A stretch of 35,561 nt of DNA from assembly GCA_002793885.1 (NCBI GenBank), contig PFEG01000041.1, positions 1-35,561 of the forward strand, in the 5' to 3' direction. This DNA is from Candidatus Saccharibacteria bacterium CG10_big_fil_rev_8_21_14_0_10_47_8. Lineage in GTDB: Bacteria; Patescibacteriota; Saccharimonadia; Saccharimonadales; UBA10212. This document shows, piece by piece, positions 25,490 through 33,213 of the stretch (positions are counted from its first letter, which is position 1; each line of letters opens with the position of its first letter). Under the pieces are notes generated by a model. It saw nothing but the letters and a program-made list of their open reading frames with translations. It was not told the origin of the DNA and searched no databases. The position numbers and the translations under genes are program-made.

Positions 25490-26609
25490 AACTTTTAATT
25501 GCCTTCTCGTAAACGTCTATGTACAGCTTGGCAATGCGGGAATGATCAAACTGTTTAATGTATGATTTGGCCCAGCGTTCCCAAAGTTTACGCAGGTCAT
25601 CGTTAAATATCATTAACTCTAAACGGCGTGCGAAGTCGATGCTATCTTGTGAATTGACCATAGAGATCGCTCCGAACCCTTTCATAACACCGAGGTAGCC
25701 AGGATTGTCACCAGCAACCAAAGGACAACCGGCAGCCATGGCCTCTAGAAGAACTATCCCGAAACCCTCACCGTAATGCGACGGCGCACAAAATACGTCC
25801 GCCTGATGTAGCAGCTTTATTTTTTCCTCTTCACTTATAAAACCCATGAAAGTAACTCTTGGGATGTCGTGAAGTTCGATAAAATTACGCAATGACTCTT
25901 CTTCGGGCCCTACGCCCGCTAGGTACAGCTGTATATCGTCGTGCCGCTCGGTCAGTTCCTGGTAAGCTCGTAAAAGATAACGGACGCCTTTGCGCTTTTC
26001 TAATCTCCCCACATATAAAATCGTTTTTCGTTTTAGGTTGCGTACAGCTTCCGGAGGACGGGCATTATATTTCGCCACATCAACGCCGCAGGGAACAATG
26101 GTTATCGGAACCTTCGCGATTGATAATAAGTATTCTGTAGCAGGCTTTCCGGTAGCCGTAAATGCGTCAAAGTATTTGAGCATCGGTTTAGTATATGGCG
26201 TTACAACGTTAACGATGGTTTTAGTTGTCAAGGTATCAGGTAGCATGGCGTGCATTGTCGCCACATTAGCGGACTGCGAGCGCATTAGCAGTTGACGGCC
26301 CCACAATGGAACATGCGGTTCATGAAAATTAAGCACATCAAATTTTTCGCGTTCAAATACTTTGTCAATTTCATCGGTATCAACCGAAACTGACCACTGG
26401 CTGTTTGTATGAAAAAAGGCCTTCACGTTGCTTGATACGCCAACAGTGACTATGTAATCTGGTATCGCGCCTCTGTAGCCTCTGGGCTGTGGCGTAAGAA
26501 TTTTTGCCTGGTGGCCGAGCTTTACATACTCGGCTCTAAGAGCCATAACCTGTTCGGTTACACCTCCCCCCGTAAAAACGTTGTAGGGGCAAGCTAAGCC
26601 AATTTTCAT
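25464..26609 (-). CDS. Glycosyltransferase family 4 (PimA-like phosphatidylinositol mannosyltransferase)
   Basis: MKIGLACPYN..GGV, FHEP, YVGRLEKRKG, EGFGIVLLEAMAAG. Confidence 0.9.
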   Translation of the reverse strand: MKIGLACPYNVFTGGGVTEQVMALRAEYVKLGHQAKILTPQPRGYRGAIPDYIVTVGVSSNVKAFFHTNSQWSVSVDTDEIDKVFEREKFDVLNFHEPHVPLWGRQLLMRSQSANVATMHAMLPDTLTTKTIVNVVTPYTKPMLKYFDAFTATGKPATEYLLSIAKVPITIVPCGVDVAKYNARPPEAVRNLKRKTILYVGRLEKRKGVRYLLRAYQELTERHDDIQLYLAGVGPEEESLRNFIELHDIPRVTFMGFISEEEKIKLLHQADVFCAPSHYGEGFGIVLLEAMAAGCPLVAGDNPGYLGVMKGFGAISMVNSQDSIDFARRLELMIFNDDLRKLWERWAKSYIKQFDHSRIAKLYIDVYEKAIKSYAKSQKSS

Positions 26610-26741
26610 CACACTTCATCTCCGATTACGAGTGATTTCTGTGCTATATATACAGCACAGAGTCTACCCTGAAACTTAAGTTGTGATAGAGACGCGAAGC
26701 CTTGTGCGAAGTGCCTCATAAGTTACATTATACGTTAAAAC

Positions 26742-27677
26742 TTAGGGTTTTTTACTCAAGAGGCGAGCCAGCCCAGGCGGTATGAACGGCGCAGCGTCTT
26801 CGGCGGTCGCAACGACAGATGGTGAATGAGTGGGCACATCAGCTTTAAAGGACTTAAAGTCGGCATATATGGCCCGCATATGTTGTTCGACCCGCACGTT
26901 ATTAAAATAGTGATCGTCATCAATAGCCACGTGATAGACGGGCAAGTTAACATGCTTTCCGAGCAGATTTAATTTAAACATCGTAACGGTTATGCCACAG
27001 TAAGTCCTGATGTCATTGCATTGCCAAAGGTATATTTCAAAGTCTATACGTTCTTTGCGGGCTGCCTCATTTCGAGCTACTAACTTTGCGTTGAAGCTAA
27101 TCGCTTCACCAACACGATATCCAAGCCTAATAAACGGCCCCCTAAAAGCTACGTATTTTGCAAAAGCCGCTGGCAGCCGCCTAGAAAACAATGACGCCGT
27201 GTAACGAAGGGTAAGAAAGTTACGCCGTTTAAACTTAAAATCATCCTTATGAGTAAAACCCGCGGCGCTAACTAGCAAATCTACTTTTTGGGCGATTTCC
27301 GGGTACTTTTGGAGCATTTTAGTAATAATCATGAAGCCCAGGCTGTAGCCGGCGAGAGTAAAACGCTTATTACGATAGCGAAGCTTCACGAATGCCGCTA
27401 AGTAATCTGCCATATTATCTAATGTTGGCTTTTCACCAATTTTATAAAAGGGTTCCATACCGCCAAAACCAGGCAGATCAGGTACTGTCACGCCCCCGTA
27501 CCTATTAAGAACTTCGGCCGCCCCAAAGACTCTTTCCAGGCTGGTGTGATGACCGTATACAAACAATATCTCTCGTTTTTTGTTTTTTGGCGGTGGCAAG
27601 CGTAACATCCGGCCGGCGAGACCATTAATATATAGCGGCAGAACGTATTCTGCCATATTTTTTGTATTTTTTGGCAT
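26742..27677 (-). CDS. Alpha/beta hydrolase
   Basis: YGHH, PDLPGFG, GYSLG nucleophile, DDDHY, THS. Confidence 0.85.
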   Translation of the reverse strand: MPKNTKNMAEYVLPLYINGLAGRMLRLPPPKNKKREILFVYGHHTSLERVFGAAEVLNRYGGVTVPDLPGFGGMEPFYKIGEKPTLDNMADYLAAFVKLRYRNKRFTLAGYSLGFMIITKMLQKYPEIAQKVDLLVSAAGFTHKDDFKFKRRNFLTLRYTASLFSRRLPAAFAKYVAFRGPFIRLGYRVGEAISFNAKLVARNEAARKERIDFEIYLWQCNDIRTYCGITVTMFKLNLLGKHVNLPVYHVAIDDDHYFNNVRVEQHMRAIYADFKSFKADVPTHSPSVVATAEDAAPFIPPGLARLLSKKP

Positions 27678-27788
27678 ATCTATTGATAAATTATAGGATG
27701 TTTAGCAACTCTTGTAAAACTTCGGTGGACTTTAGGGCAATGGACGATATAAAATAGGTGTTGCTGCTTACGATTGCAAACCTTTTAT

Positions 27789-27862
27789 TTCGGGATCGTC
27801 TAATGGTAGGACACTGGGTTTTGGTCCCAGCAATCTAGGTTCGAATCCTAGTCCCGAAGCCA
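27789..27862 (+). tRNA. tRNA-Gln (UUG)
   Basis: Acceptor stem TTCGGGA/TCCCGAA, D-arm GTC-TAATGGTAG-GAC, anticodon arm CTGGG-TTTTGGT-CCCAG, T-arm CTAGG-TTCGAAT-CCTAG, encoded CCA. Confidence 0.97.
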
Positions 27863-27929
27863 TAATTTAAGTTAAGGCATCCCGATAGAATCGGGACATT
27901 AGGGAGTTCGAATCCCTGTCTGTCTACCA
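27863..27929 (+). pseudogene. Degenerate tRNA-like remnant (3' two-thirds)
   Basis: D-loop-like GTTAAGGCA, hairpin TCCCGA-TAGAA-TCGGGA in the anticodon position, AGGGA-GTTCGAA-TCCCT T-arm, terminal ACCA; no 5' acceptor strand. Confidence 0.55.
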
Positions 27930-27950
27930 GATTGGACATCAAAGAAGTAC

Positions 27951-27981
27951 AGACCGGTTCCTATGACCGGTCTTTCTTTTT
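27951..27981 (+). terminator. Intrinsic terminator after the tRNA locus
   Basis: AGACCGGT-TCCTATG-ACCGGTCT followed by TTCTTTTT. Confidence 0.8.
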
Positions 27982-28181
27982 ACCCCTTGTATTCCACCCT
28001 TGTTTTGCAGTTCGTGTCCTATCGCTATTATGGCGAGTAAACGACCGAACCGCTCACATCTGTTAATATTCTCGATTTACCCTTTAAACTGGTTCTGAAC
28101 ATGACCGTATGCCTATATGGCGATTGAGCGCTTTGAAGAGTGACCGGGTTCCATGACCGTTCGATATGACATGGAGTTACC

Positions 28182-28478
28182 CTATACCTCGAGCAGTCTA
28201 ACTTTTACTGATGTAGTATTCCCGATTTGGAGGTCCTCATTTTTCCGGACATCTTTTTTAACAGGCAGAAGATAACTCCTAGATTTGCTGTCAGGAAAAA
28301 TTGATGTTCTCCAAGCTGTCTTGCCAATGGTTGCTTCAACCCTCACTGACCCGAAGCCCCGCTTTGGGGCGGCGTTTATCAGACGAATTTCCTCATAATA
28401 CTTTTTAGGTAAAGATATAAAGCACCAAGCTCCTTGACCTTGCCATTCCCACAGTTCAGCTTTAAACGTCAGCTCCAT
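28182..28478 (-). CDS. DUF1905 family protein
   Basis: FKAELWEW..GAWCFISLP, FGSVRVEATIGKTAWRTSIFP, YLLPVKKDVR. Confidence 0.85.
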   Translation of the reverse strand: MELTFKAELWEWQGQGAWCFISLPKKYYEEIRLINAAPKRGFGSVRVEATIGKTAWRTSIFPDSKSRSYLLPVKKDVRKNEDLQIGNTTSVKVRLLEV

Positions 28479-28580
28479 GCCTACAAGTATAAACGCTCAA
28501 TTACTATTACTATGTATATAAAATAGCTTGTGACTCCTCGCAAGCAACCACAAGCTATCAGCCAGCATAATATCAAATCG

Positions 28581-28610
28581 TTTACATTAAGTTAAGTGTT
28601 TGCTTAAATA
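28581..28610 (+). promoter_or_regulatory. Promoter/operator 1 of the redox module (probable ArsR site)
   Basis: TTTACA at 28581, then TTAAGTGTTTGCTTAAATA (28592-28610; dyad TTAAG-N7-CTTAA region). An identical 19-mer lies at 29882-29900. Confidence 0.75.
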
Positions 28611-28617
28611 TGTAAAC

Positions 28618-29307
28618 ATGAAACTTCTTCTTAGCTCTATTGCTGCGATTTTAATAGTTAGTATAGGGCTTTTTATATTTTGGCCGAGCGAAGCACCATC
28701 AACCGCCCAAAATAATACTACTTCTCCAGCTGTTGCCGCTCCCGAAACGCCCTCAGCCCAAACCACCGAACTTATTATCGGAGACCCGAATGCCAAGGCT
28801 ACCATTATTGAGTATGCTGATTACAAATGTCCGTCCTGCGGTGAATTTCATCAAAAAGCTGGCAAGCAACTACGTGCTAATTACGTTGATAAAGGGCTCT
28901 TGAAAATAGTATTCAGGCCTTTCCCTGTGTATGCCGTAGATGGTGCCCAGGCGCTGGTTGGATCGTATTGTGCGAAAGACCAGCAACAATTTACCGAGTA
29001 CCACGATGTTTTGTTCGAATATATGTGGGTGAACCACTTCCGGCAGGGAGATTATCAAAAAGCTATTGATACCGTGCTGACAGAAAGTGTTATGAACGAT
29101 CTAATGAAAAATATAGGCATGGACCCGAAAGTCTATAAAGAATGTATGGATAGTAAGAAACACGATAAAGCCTATTACGATACTATTGATCTAGCCGCAC
29201 CCGATGAAATTCAAGGTACGCCAAGCTTTATCATTAACGGGCAAAAGATCGTTGGCCCGCAGCCGTATAGCGTATTTAAAACACTGGTGGATATTCAACT
29301 ACAATGA
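28618..29307 (+). CDS. Membrane-anchored DsbA family (thioredoxin-fold) oxidoreductase
   Basis: N-terminal TM, GDPNAKATIIEYADYKCPSC, IQGTPSFIING, GPQP. Confidence 0.9.
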   Translation: MKLLLSSIAAILIVSIGLFIFWPSEAPSTAQNNTTSPAVAAPETPSAQTTELIIGDPNAKATIIEYADYKCPSCGEFHQKAGKQLRANYVDKGLLKIVFRPFPVYAVDGAQALVGSYCAKDQQQFTEYHDVLFEYMWVNHFRQGDYQKAIDTVLTESVMNDLMKNIGMDPKVYKECMDSKKHDKAYYDTIDLAAPDEIQGTPSFIINGQKIVGPQPYSVFKTLVDIQLQ

Positions 29308-29879
29308 GCTGGCCAAAACTGTGGTTATTAAAGCTGAAAATTAGCCTGAGGTCTGCCCTCAAAGTGTTTCGGCGACCAGCATATATTGTACTAGCCCTAT
29401 TAACTACCCTTGTCGCTAGTGGTTCGATTCTCTGGTCGCTCAATCTTGATCTACTGCGCTATATAATCTTCGAGGCACCTATAAGTGCCCTCGCCAAAGT
29501 CGATTTTTTCTTTGATATATATAAAGGTGTCTATACTGACTTCAGCAGCGCCCAAAGTACTCTGGTAGTGATTTTTTCAGTTTTATTTGGTATAAACCTA
29601 GCCTTGCTGGTTTTCGTACTGAAGCACCGAGGCTTCAAAGCTATCCCAAAGAAAAGTGGTGCGGGCGGATTTGCTTTAGCAATAATCGGTGGAGGCTGTA
29701 TTGCCTGCGGAACATCCTTAATTGCTCCGCTGCTTGCTACTTTCGGCGCTTCTGCCACGCCACTTATCCGAGACCTGGCAACTGTATTCACCTTTATTGG
29801 CAGCCTACTCATCATATATTCCATATACAAACTAGGTGCTGTGTGTTCGTATATATTTACTTCGCAGGACTTGACTTAA
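29304..29879 (+). CDS. Four-TM membrane protein with CxxC (GGGCIACG)
   Basis: Four hydrophobic segments with CIAC in the third; overlaps the dsbA stop. Confidence 0.7.
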   Translation: MSWPKLWLLKLKISLRSALKVFRRPAYIVLALLTTLVASGSILWSLNLDLLRYIIFEAPISALAKVDFFFDIYKGVYTDFSSAQSTLVVIFSVLFGINLALLVFVLKHRGFKAIPKKSGAGGFALAIIGGGCIACGTSLIAPLLATFGASATPLIRDLATVFTFIGSLLIIYSIYKLGAVCSYIFTSQDLT

Positions 29880-29900
29880 GATTAAGTGTTTGCTTAAATA
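29871..29900 (+). promoter_or_regulatory. Promoter/operator 2 of the redox module (probable ArsR autoregulatory site)
   Basis: TTGACT at 29871, then TTAAGTGTTTGCTTAAATA (29882-29900); same spacing as the site at 28581. Confidence 0.75.
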
Positions 29901-29906
29901 GTTAAT

Positions 29907-30206
29907 ATGAAATTACTTAAAAACCGTCCGGTAAAGCTAAATAATCGCGAAGAGCGTCTAGTTAGCGCAATGCAATTACTTGGCGATCAAACCCGCTTTA
30001 AGATCTTCAAACTCTTGCTGTCGGGAAGAGAGATGTGCGTTACTGAGATCGCCGATGCAATCGGTATTTCTGTCCCAGCTGTTTCTCAGCATTTCCGTAT
30101 TTTCGAACTGGTTGGTTTGGTTGAAAAGCAGCGGTATGGACAGAAAATCTGCTATTTACTGAAAACTGAGGACCAGTTTGTTAAAGAATTAATCCGCATA
30201 GTTTAA
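29907..30206 (+). CDS. ArsR/SmtB family transcriptional repressor
   Basis: LGDQTRFKIFKLL, EMCVTEIA, SVPAVSQHF, GLVEKQRYGQKICY. Confidence 0.92.
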   Translation: MKLLKNRPVKLNNREERLVSAMQLLGDQTRFKIFKLLLSGREMCVTEIADAIGISVPAVSQHFRIFELVGLVEKQRYGQKICYLLKTEDQFVKELIRIV

Positions 30207-30226
30207 ACCTACAAGAAGGAGGGTGT

Positions 30227-30478
30227 ATGTCTAAGATAACAATTTATAGTACTGCGACTTGCGCCTATTGCAAGATGCTTAAAGGCTATCTGCAAAGCAA
30301 AGATATTGCCTACGAGGAAAAGCACGTTGACCAGGACCAGTCTCTGGCAATGGAAATGTATGAAAAAAGCGGGCAGATGGGTGTGCCATTCACTGTCATA
30401 GAGAAAGAGGACGGCAGCGAAGAAAAGATCCTCGGCTTTGACAGGCAAAGGGTTGATAGCGTATTAGGACTCGCCTAA
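30227..30478 (+). CDS. Glutaredoxin-like protein (NrdH/YruB type)
   Basis: IYSTATCAYC, SGQMGVP, ILGFD. Confidence 0.9.
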   Translation: MSKITIYSTATCAYCKMLKGYLQSKDIAYEEKHVDQDQSLAMEMYEKSGQMGVPFTVIEKEDGSEEKILGFDRQRVDSVLGLA

Positions 30479-30483
30479 AGCCT

Positions 30484-30780
30484 ATGAAAGCGCTCTGGAA
30501 GAATAAAACGATTGCCGAGAGTGACGACACCATAACGATAGAAGGTAATATTTACTTCCCGCCGCATTCGGTAAATCACAACTTCTTAGAGAAAAGCGGG
30601 TTTCACACACTCTGCTATTGGAAGGGTTTGGCCAGCTATTACCATGTCAGCGACAACAAGAACCGCGATAAAAATATTGCCTGGTATTACCCTCGTCCGA
30701 CCTGGCTGTCGAAGAAAATAATGGGGAAAGACTTTTCTAACTATGTAGCCTTTGACGGACGGATGAAAGTAACCTCATGA
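30484..30780 (+). CDS. DUF427 family protein
   Basis: IAESDDT..IEGNIYFPP, TLCYWKGLASYY, AWYYP. Confidence 0.88.
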   Translation: MKALWKNKTIAESDDTITIEGNIYFPPHSVNHNFLEKSGFHTLCYWKGLASYYHVSDNKNRDKNIAWYYPRPTWLSKKIMGKDFSNYVAFDGRMKVTS

Positions 30781-30790
30781 GGAGTATACA

Positions 30791-31255
30791 GTGAAGAGAC
30801 GGACTATTTTCCTTATCCTAATAGTGATCTTTATTGCTTTAGGCACAGCGCTGCTGGCTGTGGCGAATATTGATGATAAGCAGAATACACAAGACGTAAA
30901 AGTAATAAACGAGGCCGCGTCAAATAATGGCGCCGTCGGTTCTTCTGCCGCTTATAGAGCTTATTCACCAGAAGCAGTTGCCTCAGCCTCGGCGCAGGAT
31001 AAGATAGTACTCTTCTTCCATGCCAGCTGGTGCCCTACCTGCCATGTACTTGATAAGGACATTACAGACAACTCAGATAAGATCCCAGCTAATGTACGCA
31101 TCCTGAAAGCAGACTTTGACAACGAAACCGAACTTAAAAAGAAGTATGGAGTCAGGCTCCAGCATACCCTTGTCCAAGTCGATAAAAATGGCCAAAAGAT
31201 TGCTTTATGGAGCCAGAGCCCAAGCTTATCTGATGTATTAAACGAGTTGCAGTAA
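30791..31255 (+). CDS. Membrane-anchored thioredoxin-like protein
   Basis: N-terminal TM, LFFHASWCPTC, KKYGVRLQHT. Confidence 0.88.
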   Translation: MKRRTIFLILIVIFIALGTALLAVANIDDKQNTQDVKVINEAASNNGAVGSSAAYRAYSPEAVASASAQDKIVLFFHASWCPTCHVLDKDITDNSDKIPANVRILKADFDNETELKKKYGVRLQHTLVQVDKNGQKIALWSQSPSLSDVLNELQ

Positions 31256-31256
31256 C

Positions 31257-32888
31257 ATGGAACTAGTTATCCTTTCATTGCTGGCTGGCGTGTTGACGGT
31301 CCTGTCGCCGTGCGTACTGCCTTTGCTGCCTGTTGTATTGGCAGGTTCGGCGGCTGAAAAGAGTAAACGCGCGCCACTCATAATTATTGGCAGCCTCGCT
31401 ATATCAGTTATAGCCTTTACGCTGCTCATTAGAGGTAGCACATTGTTGCTTGGCGTGCCGAGTAGCGTATGGTTGATTGTGTCTGGAGCGCTGGTAACTT
31501 TCATCGGTATCACGCTGGTATTTCCGGCAGTATGGGAGTGGATGACCATAAAATTACATTTGCAGGATGAAGCCGGGCGCCTAACAGCGATATCCAGTAA
31601 AAGAGCTGGCAATACCCGTAATGTTTTACTTGGGCTCTCGCTTGGCCCGGTCTTTACAAGTTGTAGCCCAACCTACGGCTTGATACTGGCAACTGTGCTC
31701 CCGACAAGTTTTGCGGTCGGTACGATCAATCTTATAGCTTACAGCCTTGGCTTAAGCGCAGTTTTATTAGCTGTAGCTTACGGTGGGCAGCGTGTCACAA
31801 AACGTCTCGGATGGGCCATAGACCCGATGAGCAAGTTCAGGCGTGGGCTAGGTATATTTATTGTAATAGTTGGTTTACTTATTATGACTGGACTAATTAA
31901 AGACGCTGAGACTTGGCTGGTAGACCGCGGCCTGCTCGGCACTACTAAATTTGAACAGCGGCTACTTGACTCCGACAGCGATACCAAAAATAAAGCCAGT
32001 AAAGATGTACCGGATTTCTTGCTTAAGTCTTTTCCTAAAACAGACTGGTCAAAAGCAGATCCGACGATCAGCAAAGCCTTGAGTGGTGGCCCAGGTAAAG
32101 ACGGCATTCCCGCCATAGATGAACCCAAATTCGAACCAATTGGTAATTTCAAGCATTCGGATAGCGTACAAGCGATCGTTATTGAGGATAAAGACACGGT
32201 CAGAGTCTACCCGTATAACATTCTAACTTGGCATGAAATCGTCAACGATACAGTAAATGGCAAACCTCTCGCTATCACTTTCTGCCCACTATGCGGCAGC
32301 GCCATTGTTTACAATCGAACTCTGCCAGATGGTGTCAGCACCTTTGGCGTCAGCGGAGCATTGATTGAGAGCAATATGGTGATGTTTGACCGCGGCAGCG
32401 AAACACTCTGGCAACAAAGTACTGGTCAGGCGCTGGCCGGAAGGCACTTTGGCCAAAAACTTGAACTAGTTAAATTTCAACTGCTTACTGTGGGTGAAAT
32501 AAAGTCAAAATATTCAAATGCCCAGATTATGAGCGAGAACACCGGTCACAGCCGGGATTATGCACGAAATCCATATTCTGGTTACGAAGACAGTGACGAT
32601 TTCTTCTTCAGCCCGAGCGATACTGACAAGCGCTATCCGTCTAAATCTATATTTGTAGTATTTGATGTAGATGGCACTTCGGTAGCTGTTCCCTGGCTAG
32701 AACTAAAGAACGAGCAAGTCTACGATACACAAGTTAATGGGCAAACCATAAAGCTCAGCAAGAGCGATAACGAACTGACAATTACTAAGTCCGACGGGGC
32801 AGAAATACCGTTTTATTTTGAAATGTGGTTCTCGTGGGCTGTTCAGTATCAGGACAAGGGAGTCGTGTTTGATCCAACTAAACAATAA
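31257..32888 (+). CDS. CcdA/DsbD-beta transmembrane electron transporter fused to a DUF3179 domain
   Basis: LSPCVLPLLP and FTSCSPT (the CcdA Cys pair) in a 6-TM region; then SGGPGKDGIPAIDEP, YPYNILTWHEIVND, TFCPLCGS, FGVSG, FWFSW-like MWFSW (DUF3179). Confidence 0.85.
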   Translation: MELVILSLLAGVLTVLSPCVLPLLPVVLAGSAAEKSKRAPLIIIGSLAISVIAFTLLIRGSTLLLGVPSSVWLIVSGALVTFIGITLVFPAVWEWMTIKLHLQDEAGRLTAISSKRAGNTRNVLLGLSLGPVFTSCSPTYGLILATVLPTSFAVGTINLIAYSLGLSAVLLAVAYGGQRVTKRLGWAIDPMSKFRRGLGIFIVIVGLLIMTGLIKDAETWLVDRGLLGTTKFEQRLLDSDSDTKNKASKDVPDFLLKSFPKTDWSKADPTISKALSGGPGKDGIPAIDEPKFEPIGNFKHSDSVQAIVIEDKDTVRVYPYNILTWHEIVNDTVNGKPLAITFCPLCGSAIVYNRTLPDGVSTFGVSGALIESNMVMFDRGSETLWQQSTGQALAGRHFGQKLELVKFQLLTVGEIKSKYSNAQIMSENTGHSRDYARNPYSGYEDSDDFFFSPSDTDKRYPSKSIFVVFDVDGTSVAVPWLELKNEQVYDTQVNGQTIKLSKSDNELTITKSDGAEIPFYFEMWFSWAVQYQDKGVVFDPTKQ

Positions 32889-32901
32889 TAAGGAGTAAGA
32901 T

Positions 32902-33204
32902 ATGCAAGCAATTTGGAATAACAAAGTAATCGCCGAGGCAGACAAAAAAGACCTGATATATATTGAAGGTAACTGGTACTTTCCACCCGACGCAATTAAA
33001 AAAGAATTCCTCAAGCCTACGGATAAACACACCACCTGCTTCTGGAAGGGTCTGGCCAGCTATTACCAAGTCGACGTAGATGGCGAAGTTAATGAAGACG
33101 GAGCCTGGTACTACCCCGATCCTACGCCCAGTGCTATTGATAAAGTTAAGAAAGATTTCACGGATTATGTTGCCTTTTGGCACGGCGTGGAAGTTAAAGA
33201 GTAG
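32902..33204 (+). CDS. DUF427 family protein (second paralog)
   Basis: IEGNWYFPP, TTCFWKGLASYY, AWYYPDP, YVAFWHGVEV. Confidence 0.88.
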   Translation: MQAIWNNKVIAEADKKDLIYIEGNWYFPPDAIKKEFLKPTDKHTTCFWKGLASYYQVDVDGEVNEDGAWYYPDPTPSAIDKVKKDFTDYVAFWHGVEVKE

Positions 33205-33213
33205 ACTATAAAT

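Noticed and set aside
26638..26661. Palindrome TCTGTGCT-ATATATAC-AGCACAGA resembling an SOS box
   Set aside because: It does not fit CTGT-N8-ACAG spacing and occurs once; it is more simply a hairpin in the GT4 leader.
27990..28180. Short ORF (about 22 codons from 28030) and a loose repeat of GACCGG-TTCC-ATGACCG near 28142
   Set aside because: Too short and degenerate to support a gene or an element.
31257..32888. Selenocysteine recoding in the DUF3179 or other redox genes
   Set aside because: All redox motifs use Cys codons, and no in-frame TGA interrupts these ORFs.
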